DNA of 63,026 bases, filler included, from Reticulomyxa filosa (GCA_000512085.1; 19 parts of 19 records of this genome joined end to end with filler, not necessarily neighbours in it); one strand, 5' to 3'. Counted from the first letter of the whole stretch, positions 12,740 to 25,673 are shown. The notes: generated by a model not told the origin, from the letters alone. Made by a program: numbers and translations.

Positions 12740-13443
12740 GTCTGCACTTTCGATTTAATCTAACTCAAAATGCAAACAAAATTAGAAACAGTAAAAAACA
12801 ACTAATAAACAACTTGTTGGTCCCTTTTTTTTTTAGCTTCTTGCTGAAAACTGTGTAAGTATTCCTTTTTGTTGTTAACTTGTGAAAGTTGTCTGTAAGT
12901 TAAAATTACGATCCCACTCGAAAATTATAATCGCTGCATGTTATATTAACGCAGAAATATTGCGTCGTAGTATTCACTTTTTATTACAAATCCATTTTGT
13001 TTTGTGCAAATGTTTCTTTTTCGACGCAAGAAAAGTACAAAGAGTTTGCTGGATCACATTCAAATACTTTTCAGACATAGTGAATCGTATCAACAACTAT
13101 TTTCTTTTCGAAAGTGTTGTCTTGTTGCCAACATATCCAATTTTCAAACTTGCAAATTACAGAAATAAAAAAACACAGCCGATTACAAAAAACAAAATAA
13201 CTCACCAAAAATAAAAAACGAACATCTTCTTTTTAAAAAACCAGAAAAGTTTCATTGCTTTTCCTCAGTACTGTTTAAAAATGAAATTTGGATAGTTGTC
13301 AAACGAACAATCAAAGCACAAAAACAATTACTTAAAACAAAACAAGTTAGAACTTGAATGTACTAATACTCTTTCACAAAACAAAATTAGGAGGAAAAAA
13401 AAGTGCAATTGCTATCGAAGTTTTCAGAGGCTTGTTTGCAAAT

Positions 13444-16400
13444 CTAATGTTGATGACGTTCTATTCAATAACAAAAGTATTACACATGATGAGCCAAATT
13501 CAACAATTTTTTTTTAAAAAAAAAGAAAAGAAAAAATCAAACCTGGTTTAATTCCTGGCCACCAATTTATTTCTCTGAAAAAAACCAAAGATAAAAAAAA
13601 ACCATTCAAATCATATATGAGAGGGATCAAATGTGAACAGTGAAGAGATGGAATTAGTGTGTAAGTAACTTCGCCATGGACAATATGGCAGGAACCAGCA
13701 AAGTTCGGATAATAAAAGTGTCAACCAAAACAGCAACAACCATAATGAATCCAGTTTGATTTAACGAGGTGATGTTGGAAAAAAGTAGCCCACAAAAAGC
13801 GATGGCCATGATAACACCTGCGGCGGTGATAATGGATCCGGTTTGATAAATGCCGCGCACAATGGCCTCTCGTGTGGGAACTTTGATGAGACGATACTCA
13901 TACACACGCGCAAATAAACACGTCGTAGTCCAATGCCAGTCCGATGAGAATGGTGACAGTCATGACCGGTGTTAGCCAGTATAAGCCTTGAGTATTTGCT
14001 AATGCGGACCAATGTAATCCCTCCAGTAATCCTTTTTGATAGACGAGAATGCTGAGTCCATAGACCAAAGTCAATGGAATGGTGATTGTCAAGAACAATC
14101 GCACTGGAACGAATACGGAAGAGAAAAAGAACCCCATTATACCGAAGACGACAGCGACAATGATTAGCAACACAAAAGGAAATTGTGCAAATATGGTATT
14201 TATCAGATCGACTTCGTTTGTGGAGCCACCTGTTAAGTAGCATTTGTAGGCTATCCCACTTGGCGCACCGTTCGAACACAAATCATCCATTACATTACGA
14301 CAATGAGAAACAAATTCAATGGCATTCGAGTAATAAGGATCAAAACTGCTTATCATTTCAAAGTACGTTGCTAGTGTAGTTTTTTGTTTGATATTGTTAT
14401 TGTTATTAGTTCTTTTTTTTTTTGTCTGTCCATTTTTTTATTGTAATATAACTGTGCATATGTGCTTTTTTAAACAAAAGAAAGATGGATTATGCAAGTA
14501 AGCACGACTGTTTTTTTTAATCATTGAAACTGCTGTTGTCAGGTGAAATATAGTTGGCGCTGAATGATTTGTATGCACTCGATCGTGTGATATAGTCATA
14601 TGAATCTTTGTCAGTAAAGGTTTTGTTTTTGTAAACAGATATGCCAACACTGGAAGACATATTGTAATTCGATATGGCCAATTCATGATATAAGCGACTC
14701 ATGATTACACCTGTGTCGTGGGCATATCTCCACGAGTGCACACTCTCATTTGCATCTCCTGGCTCATTGTACAAAGGGTCAGGAATTATCACATACCAAG
14801 GCGCAAGCATTCCTGCCGAAAATGATTGTTTTATCTTTTTTTTTTGCGTGTGTATTTATTTTTTCAAAATAAATAAACAATAAATTATTTTTGAAAAAGA
14901 CAAAACTTCTTTGTAAGTTTGCAAATAATCAGAGTTTCTTGGAAAAACCAAGGTATCATCCAATTGCTTGCGAAGCTCAATGACTCGCCAGCCAATTGGC
15001 GAAATCAAGGCATAGACGACAAGGACGATGATAAGACTGTAAGGACAAATGGTGGAGTAGCTGCCACATTCATACCAACAACGATTGCACCAGTTTTTTT
15101 TTTCTTGGTGAGTCAATCGAAATGGATAAATCTGCTTTGCGGGAAAGCAATTGCATTTTTTGCCTTCGCCATCTTCGCTGCTCTTGGTCAAATTCAATGA
15201 ATGAAAAGAACTCACTATCAACGGTTGTTCTGACGACATTGTCCGTGAGCCCATTGCTAGGCTTTGTTCTGAATCAATCATCCCGTTTTGGTCGTTTTCT
15301 TATGTGTTTGTGTGCGTGTGCTGGTATATTAGTTAACTAAGTAGTTTATAAAAGTGCAAAAAAAAAAAAGGATTATCATAAGTACATTAACAAATATATA
15401 TATAAATTACCGACAACATAGCCATAAGCTTCATCCAATGGCAGGGCATAGTCCGAAGGGAACCGAATACCGAGCCGCCCCAGCGCTCTTTCACAGGGTC
15501 GCGGAAAACGGCATCCCAAAACTTTGAAAAAGTTTGGAAACATTAACAGCAATGCTGGCGTGCAGGTGAGATTAATGAGGATGGTACACAGCACTGCAAT
15601 AGAGGCGCCCAGCCCAACTGTTTGCAACATTGTCATTGGATATGCTACCAATCCAATGTACGTAATGGACAATATGAACCCGGAAAAGGCTACCACTTTG
15701 CCACTCCATCGTGTCATTTGCCGAATCGCAAATGTGGTGTCGATGTCGTTCAATTTACGTCTTTTCGTCTGCTTTTCAATCTCTTCTCGGAACCTTGTCA
15801 GTAAAAACAAACTGTAGTCAATTGACATTGCTACGGTCACACTCATCATTATTGACGGCGCAAACGGATTGACAGATAGCCAATATTCTGCGACTGGTCG
15901 CATTATGCTGTCACAAATTCAATTGTACGACATACAAAACACAAATGTTTATATTGATGAGGAAGAGAGACAAACAAAAAAAGGCTCTACTATTCAACTC
16001 TTTTTTTTTAAGCAATAAAAATTGAAAAAAAAAAAAGTGTAACCTAAAACTGGTGCAAATGGATCCAAACACACAAATGAGCGGAATGAACATGGTTCTC
16101 CACGTTCGAACCACCACGGCTAATACACACAAAGCCAAAGGAATGGTGTACACGTCTTTCCTTTCCACGTCATCGCGTGAGGCAGTGGTCATGTCTTCGA
16201 TCATGGGTGTTTCTCCAGTGAACGACACAATGATTTGGTCGTGAAAGGTATGTGTAATATTCTTGCACGAATCTTTGATGTAGTTGTTCATCGATTTAGA
16301 TTTCACAGTGCTTATCTCTCCATTATAACGGATCACTCCAATTGCACTAGCACCATCATCCTTTTTTCCCCATATACATATATTTATTGTATGTGTAAAC

Positions 16401-17206
16401 TCAAACTTATAAATTGATCTCCCCCTCCTTCGTAGAAACATAAAGAATCACGTATGAAATGTGTGCGTCGCATTCCCAAAACTGATATGTATGCTTGTTG
16501 AAGACTGCTGTAACAAGCCACAGTGTAATTGTGGTTCTTGAACAAAGAACATGTAATTTGAGCATTGTAAATGTCGTCATAAGATCTGATAACATTGTCA
16601 TGTTCCAACGAATATTTTTGCAAACTTTCGTTCAATGCCCTGCTCATGTTGCTTAAACACGAACCCCCTGCATTTATTGCATGTGTTTCATTACACTCCA
16701 TAGTGCCTATAATGTCATCCGAGACCCAGACGTACAACCCCAAATATGTTTTGAGTTGACTTTCGTTTTACACTTTTTCAATTTGTCACCCGATTTTTTT
16801 TTTTCTTATCTTATTACTAGAAATGCACACACAAGCCACTCAACCGCATTTGTAATACACGATCAATTCTTTCGTTGATGCTAGCCAATGGAACTTTGAA
16901 CTAAATTCGTTTTGTGCAGCTTTGGCTGTTTTTTCATGCAATTCAGAAAAAAAAAGCCTTTCAATAATTTTTTTTCTGCTGAAAACAAAAATAAATGTGG
17001 ACCGCACCTTGACTATTTGAAGGAGGGTCAAATTCGAAATTGGTTAGATTCAACAGATCAAAACCATAGGTAATGCCTAGAATTGTCATTGTCAACCACC
17101 ATGTAACTATCATTATGCGGCCCCACTTCCAACTCAAAAAATTAAAATAGATTGTAAACACTTTTGGCTCTTTTTCAGCCTCTAATTGCTCTTCCAAAGA
17201 AGGCAT
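13444..17206 (-). CDS. MmpL/RND-family multi-pass transporter with many spliceosomal introns
   Basis: Two pseudo-symmetric halves carry MmpL signatures: AMSIDYSLFLLTRFREE...SGKVVAFSG, and GLALDYDVF...E...TGSIITAAGVIMAIAF...DTFIIRTLLVPA. A small exon near 13544-13574 gives the family C-terminal NWWPG. Probable stop TAG at 13444-13446. Confidence 0.85.
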
Positions 17207-17654
17207 TTCTGTTTTTATTGTTATAATATAATATTCTCAAAATTTCAAACCAGAGAAGTTATATGAATTATTTTTTTAAAAAGGATTTATTAGTTCAGTC
17301 TTGAAACTTTGTCTGGACTTAGTTAAAACTTCAAGCCTTCAAACTTGCATTACCATGTCGTAACTTTTTCAGCACATGAAAGTGACGTTATTTGACTGCA
17401 CAACGATTATAATTTTAATAAAAAAGCAAGCGATCAGATTTTATTTTTAAGATTTCATCTAACAAATGTCGGTCAGTTGTGAAATTATATTTTTGTGCTT
17501 CAGTAAGGCAATGTCTACTGCCACCTTTATTAAGTTAGCACAATTTTAATTTTGTTTTGGACTTAACGGGTTGAACTACATTAATATTTAAACTTTAAAA
17601 AACAGCTTGTAAACAAAAAGTTTGTAAGGGTCTAAATCAAACCGCTTTCCACCA

Positions 17655-19459
17655 ATGATACCACAGGAGGGAAATCAATTACTGGAAAACGATGAAATGA
17701 AGTCTTTGAAATCAGAGTCTTCGTTTTCAATTCAAGTTCCACCTTACATTAGGAATGAGTTTCATATTGCCAACGAAAGAAGGTTTGCGGTAGTGAATCC
17801 ATTGACAACCTCAAGTGGACTTGCAAAGGGTAGTATCCCTACAGAAAAAGGCTTCGATATTACTCAGGATGACGAAACCTCTGATCTAAGCTATGACATC
17901 TCCATGGCCACAAATGCAAGTTGTTCAACATCATCATTTGTAGAAAGGAGTGACCTGACACTAATGTGGAAATGTGGTCGTTGCGAATTTCGAAACTTTT
18001 TTTCAGACACCAAATGTCACGCGTGTCGCACAACAATCGCACAGACAAATAGTCCAACCGTCAAGATTGTTTCAAGTTTTTGTTTTGTTTTTTTGAGCTT
18101 GGTCCCCTTTGCTTTTATTCTTTTTTTTTTTTTGGATTCCCTTTTCCAATGATATTTGTGAATGTCAACATGACATAACAAAGGACTCGTGCCTCGTTTA
18201 TATTACAACGGACTCGCCAACTCGAAAAAGTTTGAGGACGATTCCAATAACGTAATGGTTATGTTTTCAGATTGCTTATGGCAATACAGCATATGTACCG
18301 GACAATGGTCGAGAGTATTTACACAAGAACCAGAACAGGAACAGGAACAGGAACAAGAACAAGAGCAAGGAACAGAACTAGAACAATTTCCAACGGATGG
18401 TCCGGCGATTATAATGATCAATCAAGAAGAGTTGTACTGCATTGGCGGACGTAATCCAATGACAGACAAGGTGATAAGAGGAGGACGATGCATACCGATT
18501 TTTTCGAATGAAGACAATGACAATGACAGAAACAGAGAGAAGAGAAAAAGTGTACGTCACAAAACAATACCCGAGTTGCACGAGCCTCGATGCAGTGCGG
18601 GGGCTGTCCACTTGAAGAAATACGACAGCATATTGATGATCGGTGGGGACTTTGAGGGTGACGAAATAGCAACCGTGGAGGAATACCAACTGCATGGCAA
18701 TGACAATGATAATGGTGATGGGTCGAACAACAGCCGCTGGAGGTCTAAGGCTCCAATGAAAGTTCCAAGGAATGACTTTGGCTGTTGCGTTTTCGAGGAT
18801 CAAACTCAATGTGGAATCATTGTTGTGGGAGGGCACAATCAAAATGGCTTTCTGAATGCATGCGAATTGTACTCTTATGAACGCAATACTTGGACTGACT
18901 TAAAACCCCTTCCCACTGGTTCCAGGGCTCGTTGTGGAGGTTAGGTATGCTCTTTTTTTTTTTGCTTTGATTTTGTTTTGTTTGTTTAATTGACACGCGA
19001 AATTGGACACAATCTCACATAGCCTGCGTGATCGATACCCACAATTTGGTAGTCGTTGGTGGAAGCTCTCCTTGTCGCCAAAAGTGTGACTGGTTTGACT
19101 TGAATAAGAGTATTTGGACAAGTGCTAGTGACACTTTGAACGGATATTGGTATCCTCTAGTCTCACCATTGAAGTATCATCATGGCGCCGACGCTGATCA
19201 TAACGTCATCTGTGTCATTGGGTGCGACTCCACTCGAACCTTGAGTTCATGTGAATTTTATGATCGAAGGGAAGGTAAATGGTTCGCTCGTGATATTGAC
19301 ATGCGCGCTCTCTTTGCCTTTTCCTCACAATACTTTCAGACCAAAAATAAAAAAAACGCAGCCCTTTCCAAAACTCTCACCAGCCAAGCCTTTTCTAATC
19401 TGATCGAAAACAGTGAACACCCTTTTCATCTCAGAGCTTTAGCTTGGAAAACCACTTAA
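17655..19459 (+). CDS. RanBP2-type zinc finger plus Kelch-repeat protein (about three exons)
   Basis: WKCGRCEFRNFFSDTKCHAC fits W-x-C-x2-C-x3-N-x6-C-x2-C. Kelch blades LYCIGG, ILMIGG, IIVVGG, LVVVGG with E-x-Y...W and PMKVPR/LHEPR motifs. Contains a (QE)n insert. Confidence 0.85.
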
Positions 19460-20376
19460 TTTGCACACAACATTATCTCCATCTGCAACTTTTTCTTTTA
19501 TGTTTTTAAATGTGTTAGTACACAAAACACATATCTAGTGATATGCCAACAAATCAAATTCTTCTCATTTTTTATTATATCTTCAAATTTTCTTTAGTTT
19601 TTAGGTTCAAAACACTTCATACTTAGTAACTATACAAAATGTGCCCAAAAAAAATTCATGTAAGGATAATGCAAAAATATAACCACAATCCAAACTGTAA
19701 TACGAAAGTTGATCATTTCGATTAGGTGAGCACATTAAAAAGTATCAATAATAAAAATCTGAGTTAGTGATAGTTCAACTTCGTTTGTTCTGGATCAGAA
19801 GATAGTACAATCTGATTTTGGGATATCAAATAAAGATTTATTATATGTGATTAATGACTTTAAAATACTGTCTTTGTTATTCTGTCATGTTCGTTGTATT
19901 CCTGGCTCAGACTGATCAGCAAAAGCGGGTCCGCAATTGTTATGCATGTGATTTTATTCATGTCCAGATTATTTATGCAAAAAGCAGGATCCCTTTTGTA
20001 ATAAAGTGATTGTATGAAGTGGGCCTGCATGCCCGAAGAAAAAAATAGAATAATCAGTCTTAAACTAATATAATCATTAAAAAACCAAAAAAAATGAACA
20101 AAAAGTGATTGATAATTGCAATTTTGAATTATAGTATAGTTGAACTAGCTTTGATATTTGTTTTTGTACTGAAAAATAGTATGAAATAGTTTCCCAATAA
20201 ATAAGTAATTTATTTGTGCTTTTTTTTTTTTCTATTTACATTTATTTTTATTTTGTTTAGTTATTCTAAAATATTTNNNNNNNNNNNNNNNNNNNNNNNN
20301 NNNNNNNNNNNNNNNNNNNNTTAATTAATTAANNNNNNNNNNNNNNNNNNNNNNNNNNNNNNNNNNNNNNNNNNNN

Positions 20377-22678
20377 ATACCACTGAGTGGGTGCGCGATA
20401 GATGTTTTGCCAGTCAAAGACTTGCACCAATTGTTCTTTCAACGCCTTTCACAACTTCGTTTCCGACAACGTATATTTTGTTTTCGTTGGTTTGACCACC
20501 TCGGTGCTGCTGCTACTGCGTGTGTGTTTTGCATTTGAGCGCTATTCATTTTTTTTTTTTTTTTTTGTAATATTGTCAAATGCACAAATGCAATGTTTAC
20601 ACAGCGCATACATACACAAAAGATGGAGTGAAGAACTAATACAACAAAAAACATTACAATGCCCCTTTTTTTTTTCCCCCTCACCGCTTGTCTTCCTCAA
20701 TCATCGGGAAAAAAAAAAAAAAAAAACAAAACTCCTTTTTGGGCTTTGTATTTTTTCATTTATTCGTAATACTCGATTTTTTTATTGCGCAAAGTGTTCT
20801 TATGATAGCACCATACTAAATAAAAGATTTGCATGTGGATGCCTTTTTTTATCTTCCATCAGATGGATTAGACTTTCTCATAGACCACACTGCCGCTGCA
20901 TTTCTTTAAATACTCGTCAAATGTGTTCAAAATATTTTGGTACTCTTGCCATTCCTCACTCGCACTGTACACCCCTTTCCATTCCTTGCTTATGTAATCA
21001 TTTGTCATCGCGTATCCAAAGCAATGCATCTACACAACCCTACTGTTGACAAATGATCGCAATGTCCAATGCCGTATAACCATTGTTCTTCGTGCGAATT
21101 CACACATCCGGTCACTCCAATTCTTCAACTTTTCGTTCACATGCTGTTGGAGCTTTTGTCGAAAGCCATCCATGCACTTCAAGATCATTTGCAGCACTTG
21201 AACGAGGGCATGTCCCTTGAGCTTTTCTTGTGCCGTGTCAAACTGATGGTTCAAAGTGGTGAACAAGTCCTGCGGCATTTGCGTATATGGGACATCATTC
21301 ACCATCACCTCTTTACGCGTCTTCATTTCCTCCTCCAAAATGTTGTCCACCCAAGGTTTGGATCTTTTCCGCACACGTGTCCACGTACGATCGCAGTGAG
21401 GCCTCCTTTTGATCGCTCAAATGGCCGAGCACCTCCTGGCCCCCGAATATCCTCCTCGTCGTCGTCGACGGCCAGACTGCGCTTGCTTCTTAGATCTTCG
21501 ATTTTGCGCTTGAAGCGGTCGATCCAAGCCACAATGCTGAGTCGCTCTTGGGTCTTCACCATGTTTGCGTCCAGAAGATTCATCAAGGGCGCCGTCAAGA
21601 TCTTTAGATAGTTGTCGATATAAAATGACATGATCTTGTATTTATGCGGGAAGCAAGTATGGATATGCGTGGTTACCAATTTCAAGTCTTCCATGAAGTT
21701 GTCCATTTTCGCCAGAAACTGTTGCACCGGTTCGTCTTTGTTGTCGTCCGTCACCATGCTTGTCGCCGTCAATATACTGCCGCTGATCCATTCCAATATC
21801 TCCTGTTTCACTTTGCTTTGCATATATTATTATTATTATTATTATTATTATTATCTTCTTGTCTCCATTGTGATCATTGACGACTTGTTCCTTTCAAAAT
21901 ACGATCCATGTCACTCTTTGCATCTTCGATTTCATAGATTGCCAATGTCGTCACTAACACGTTAGGCATTTCCCCATTCCCAAATACAACGCGTCACTGA
22001 TGTTCGATCGGATCTGCTTTTCTATTGCCACTGTCTCCAAAATACTCAAGTCTCCGCTACTATGGTGCTGCTGCTTATTATACGCTGGCCGCTGCTTGCA
22101 AATTTCTTTCTCCTTGCTCCAATGCTCGCTTCTTCAGATTCACCAAACACTGTCACATTGTCATACGCTGGCTTCAGGTTCTTATCAATGTCCGATTCGA
22201 ACATCTCCAATGTTCTTTTCCCATGCTCGGGAATCTTTCATGTTAAAGGTCATCGCCAGGTTCTTCGATGCTTCGAGAGATCTTCAAAGTCTTGGATCAG
22301 GTTCTTACACTCTTTGCATTTCTTGTCAATTAACTCAAACCCATCCAATACACTTTGCAGATCCTTCACCGCTGCTCGCGTTACTTGCAACGCTTGCTGT
22401 ATCTCTACCAGTTGCGTGCTTACTAGTGTCTCCAATTGTCTGTCATTCGCCTCAATGCTTGCATCTCAAACGGAAGCGAATGCAGTTTTTTCGAATAATT
22501 CCAATTCATCATTTTTTTTTTGTTAAGTTTTTTTTCTATCCTTACGAACGCAAACGAAGCTGACCCCTGATAAAAAATAAGAGATGTCAGATAAAACAAG
22601 CTCCTTTTCACATTTTTTTTAAAATAAAGCTAATAAAAAGGAACATTAATTAACATATATTACACTTCTAACTGTCAT
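20377..22678 (-). CDS. SEC6: Exocyst complex component Sec6/EXOC3 (multi-exon, 3'-truncated, apparent homopolymer frameshifts)
   Basis: N-terminal coil ETLVSTQLVEIQQALQ...LIDKKCKECKNLI; EDLKLVTTHIHTCFPHKYKIMSFYIDNY (Sec6 DL...CFPxxY motif); YTQMPQDLFTTLNHQFDTA. The start codon is tentative. Confidence 0.75.
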
Positions 22679-23054
22679 TTTATGTCCAGCATCAATTGTA
22701 TATAAATGCATTACATATTCATTTCAGAGTTTGATTTTGATTAAGCTAAAAAAAAAAATTAAAGACCAACAGATAACAGGAAGTTAAAACTATTTTATTT
22801 TTCTTTATTAGTTCAATTGCTCAACAACTGAAGAATACCATATTGAAAATATATAATCTAAACTAGATACCGAATGTATAATAAATTATATCTTTGATTT
22901 GTATAACAATTATATATAGAGTCAAGTTTATGTTTATATAGAAACGACGTTTTTTTTTGTCAGATTTGGAATAAAAAATATCTTTGTTTGTAGTTTGTGA
23001 GTTGTAGAAACCCTTGGGAGAAAAAGAAAGAACGAACAATAAACTTGTGAGAAA

Positions 23055-24132
23055 ATGTCATTACGTAGTGAATTTCAACAAGAGGATTTGGCCTTAGTAA
23101 TAGTCGGTGATGCAAAAGTTGGGAAAACAATATTCAATTTGAAATCAATGGAGATATAAAATTTTGCTGTCATTCACATTCATTCACTTTAATCCCTCCT
23201 ATTAAGGTTTCATTTCGTTTGTTTGTTTGCTTGTTTTATAATTTCAATTGTAATATTGTCTTCAAAATAATGAATAATGATAGTACTAATAATAAATGAT
23301 GACTGTTATGCAATAGTAACAGCAACAACAAATATTGCATGATTTTGATAATTGCTACGTGAATGATCGCATGTATCATTTACTTATTAAAACTGTTTGA
23401 GGCATCAAAAGTGTCATTTTTAAAAGATTGTAAACAACCACATAACAATGCTCACGTCAACATCGATAGCACGCTCAATGGAAAAGAATACAGCGATTGC
23501 TATATGACGTTAACAGAATGGATGTCATTGTAGATCTGCGAAATGAATACCAATTCAAAAGAATGCATGCGTGTGTTGTTTGCAATGGGCGTAGCCCCGA
23601 CCATCGACTCTGCAATCGAACCACGTTGGTTCCATTTTTTCACACCGCAATTGCTTATTCCTTTGAACAAACAACAGCGTCTATTTCATTTGCTCATCGT
23701 CACTAATGCCTCTAAACGCGACCTTATCCTCCATCATTTTTTATTTGACTCTTTCATTCGATTCATTGCTGGCGATTTTAATCTGAGTCCTTTTTTCAAT
23801 AAATTCTCTCGCTGGAAATCTTCTTTTTGTCAATCGCAATCTCAATATCAATCCCAATTTCAATCCCAGTCAACTAATCTTCATTATATATATATGTATA
23901 TATGTATATATTCGATAATATCCAATCCTTTGATTTTTATAAAACTCTTCGCATGCTGTGTAGCTCACGGGTTTCCTCGGACCTTTCACCGATTTTGGAA
24001 CATCAAAATGAAATGGAGTTTGATATGGAATCAGACACAATGGAACATGTAGAGTCAATGCACAACGTCCAAGACGATGCCAACGATAATGATAACGAAT
24101 TTTGTCGAGCACACACACACAAACTTGGTTAA
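23055..24132 (+). CDS. Divergent or decayed small-GTPase-like gene
   Basis: ATG at 23055 reads MSLRSEFQQEDLALVIVGDAKVGKT (P-loop). Later fragments TLNGKEY..LLYDV and YIFDNIQSFD loosely match Ras/Rho strands. No DxxG or NKxD motif was found. Confidence 0.35.
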
Positions 24133-24253
24133 CTCAAAGACTTTTCTTAAAGCNNNNNNNNNNNNNNNNNNNNNNNNNNNNNNNNNNNNNNNNNNNNTTA
24201 ATTAATTAANNNNNNNNNNNNNNNNNNNNNNNNNNNNNNNNNNNNNNNNNNNN

Positions 24254-25450
24254 GTGATCCGTCGCGAGCTGCGTCAGCTGGAAAGCGCCCAGTACAACGG
24301 TGCGGCCATCAAGCGCAGCAAGGAGCGCCTGGAGTTGCTGGGCTACTTTGAAACGGTCAATATCGATACGCCGGCAGTTGCCGATACGGCGGATCAGGTG
24401 GACATGAATATTACCGTCAAAGAGCGCGCTACCGGTTCCATCAACGCCGGTATCGGCTATGCGCAAGGCGATGGCCTGCAGCTGAGCGGTTCCGTTTCGC
24501 AAGCCAACGTGCTGGGTTCAGGCAAGTCGCTGTCGGTAGGCTTTTCCAATGGCAAGACCTCCAAGTCGGCTACCGTGTCGTTTACCGACCCGTACTACAC
24601 CGTGGACGGCGTCAGCGTGGGCTACGACGTTTACCGTCGTGTGTACAACCCGGCCTCGACGGACACCAACAAGTACAAGACCAACACCTTCGGCGGTGCC
24701 GTGCGCTTTGGCGTGCCGGTGACCGAGTACGACCGCATCAATTACAGCTTTGGTGCCGAAAACACCAAGATCACGCTGTTCAGCGACAGTCCGCAGCGTT
24801 ACAAGGATTTCGTTAACCAGTACGGCCGTTCCAACATGACGCTGCTGGCATCTGCCGGCTGGTCGCGTGACACCCGCGATAGCGCAGTATGGCCTACGAG
24901 CGGCTACACCATGGGGGTGTCGCTGGACGCCGGCTTGCCGGGTGGCGATATCCAGTACTATCGCATGTCGCATAGCCAGCAATGGTTCTGGCCGCTGAGC
25001 AAGACCTACACGCTGGCTGTCAGCGGTGACATCGGCTTCGTCAACGGTTACGGCCGTACCAGCCGTGTACCGTTCTTCCAGAACTACTATCTGGGTGGTC
25101 TGGGCTCGGTGCGTGGTTACGAAAACGGCAGTATGGGCCCGCTGGACACCAACGGAGATGCACTGGGTGGTACCCGCAAGGCGACCACCTCGGCCGAGTT
25201 GCTGTTCCCGTTCCCGGGCATGCGTGATAATCGCAGTTTGCGTACCAGCCTGTTCTTTGATGCCGGTACCTTGTGGGACCCGAAAGATGCTTCGGTCACG
25301 GCCTCAAGCGGCTTGCGTTATTCGGCCGGTATGGCGCTGACCTGGGTGTCGCCGATTGGCCCGCTGAAGTTCAGCTATGGTGTGCCGCTGAAGAAGAAAT
25401 CGGGCGACCAGCTGCAACGCTTCCAGTTCACCATTGGTCAAGTGTTCTAA
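24254..25450 (+). CDS. bamA: Bacterial outer-membrane protein assembly factor BamA (YaeT/Omp85), 5'-truncated
   Basis: POTRA5 start IRRELRQLES, then KERATGS, YYLGGLGSVRGY (VRGY/F motif), WVSPIGPLKFSYG and C-terminal FQFTIGQVF. No introns, GC-rich codons. Confidence 0.96.
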   Translation: MIRRELRQLESAQYNGAAIKRSKERLELLGYFETVNIDTPAVADTADQVDMNITVKERATGSINAGIGYAQGDGLQLSGSVSQANVLGSGKSLSVGFSNGKTSKSATVSFTDPYYTVDGVSVGYDVYRRVYNPASTDTNKYKTNTFGGAVRFGVPVTEYDRINYSFGAENTKITLFSDSPQRYKDFVNQYGRSNMTLLASAGWSRDTRDSAVWPTSGYTMGVSLDAGLPGGDIQYYRMSHSQQWFWPLSKTYTLAVSGDIGFVNGYGRTSRVPFFQNYYLGGLGSVRGYENGSMGPLDTNGDALGGTRKATTSAELLFPFPGMRDNRSLRTSLFFDAGTLWDPKDASVTASSGLRYSAGMALTWVSPIGPLKFSYGVPLKKKSGDQLQRFQFTIGQVF

Positions 25451-25459
25451 GGACGGCTC

Positions 25460-25573
25460 ATGTCAACCAGAAACCTGCTGTTACTGCCGCTGGCCCTGCT
25501 ATCGTTCAGTGTTGCCGCAGCGGAAGTCAAAATCGGCTACGTCAATACCGAGCGTGTCTATCGCGAAGCGCAG
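25460..25573 (+). CDS. skp: Bacterial periplasmic chaperone Skp/OmpH, 5' fragment
   Basis: AAGGA at 25449-25453 then ATG at 25460: MSTRNLLLLPLALLSFSVAAAEVKIGYVNTERVYREAQ (signal peptide plus KIGYVN). Canonical position directly after bamA. Confidence 0.88.
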
Positions 25574-25673
25574 NNNNNNNNNNNNNNNNNNNNNNNNNNN
25601 NNNNNNNNNNNNNNNNNTTAATTAATTAANNNNNNNNNNNNNNNNNNNNNNNNNNNNNNNNNNNNNNNNNNNN

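Noticed and set aside
19690-19920. Possible C/D snoRNA cluster (several TGAT...CTGA pairs)
   Set aside because: No canonical RTGATGA box C, terminal stems or identifiable rRNA antisense elements; such words are expected by chance in AT-rich DNA.
24154-25673. Horizontal transfer of bamA into the eukaryote
   Set aside because: No junction with host DNA; the contig is bounded only by artificial spacers.
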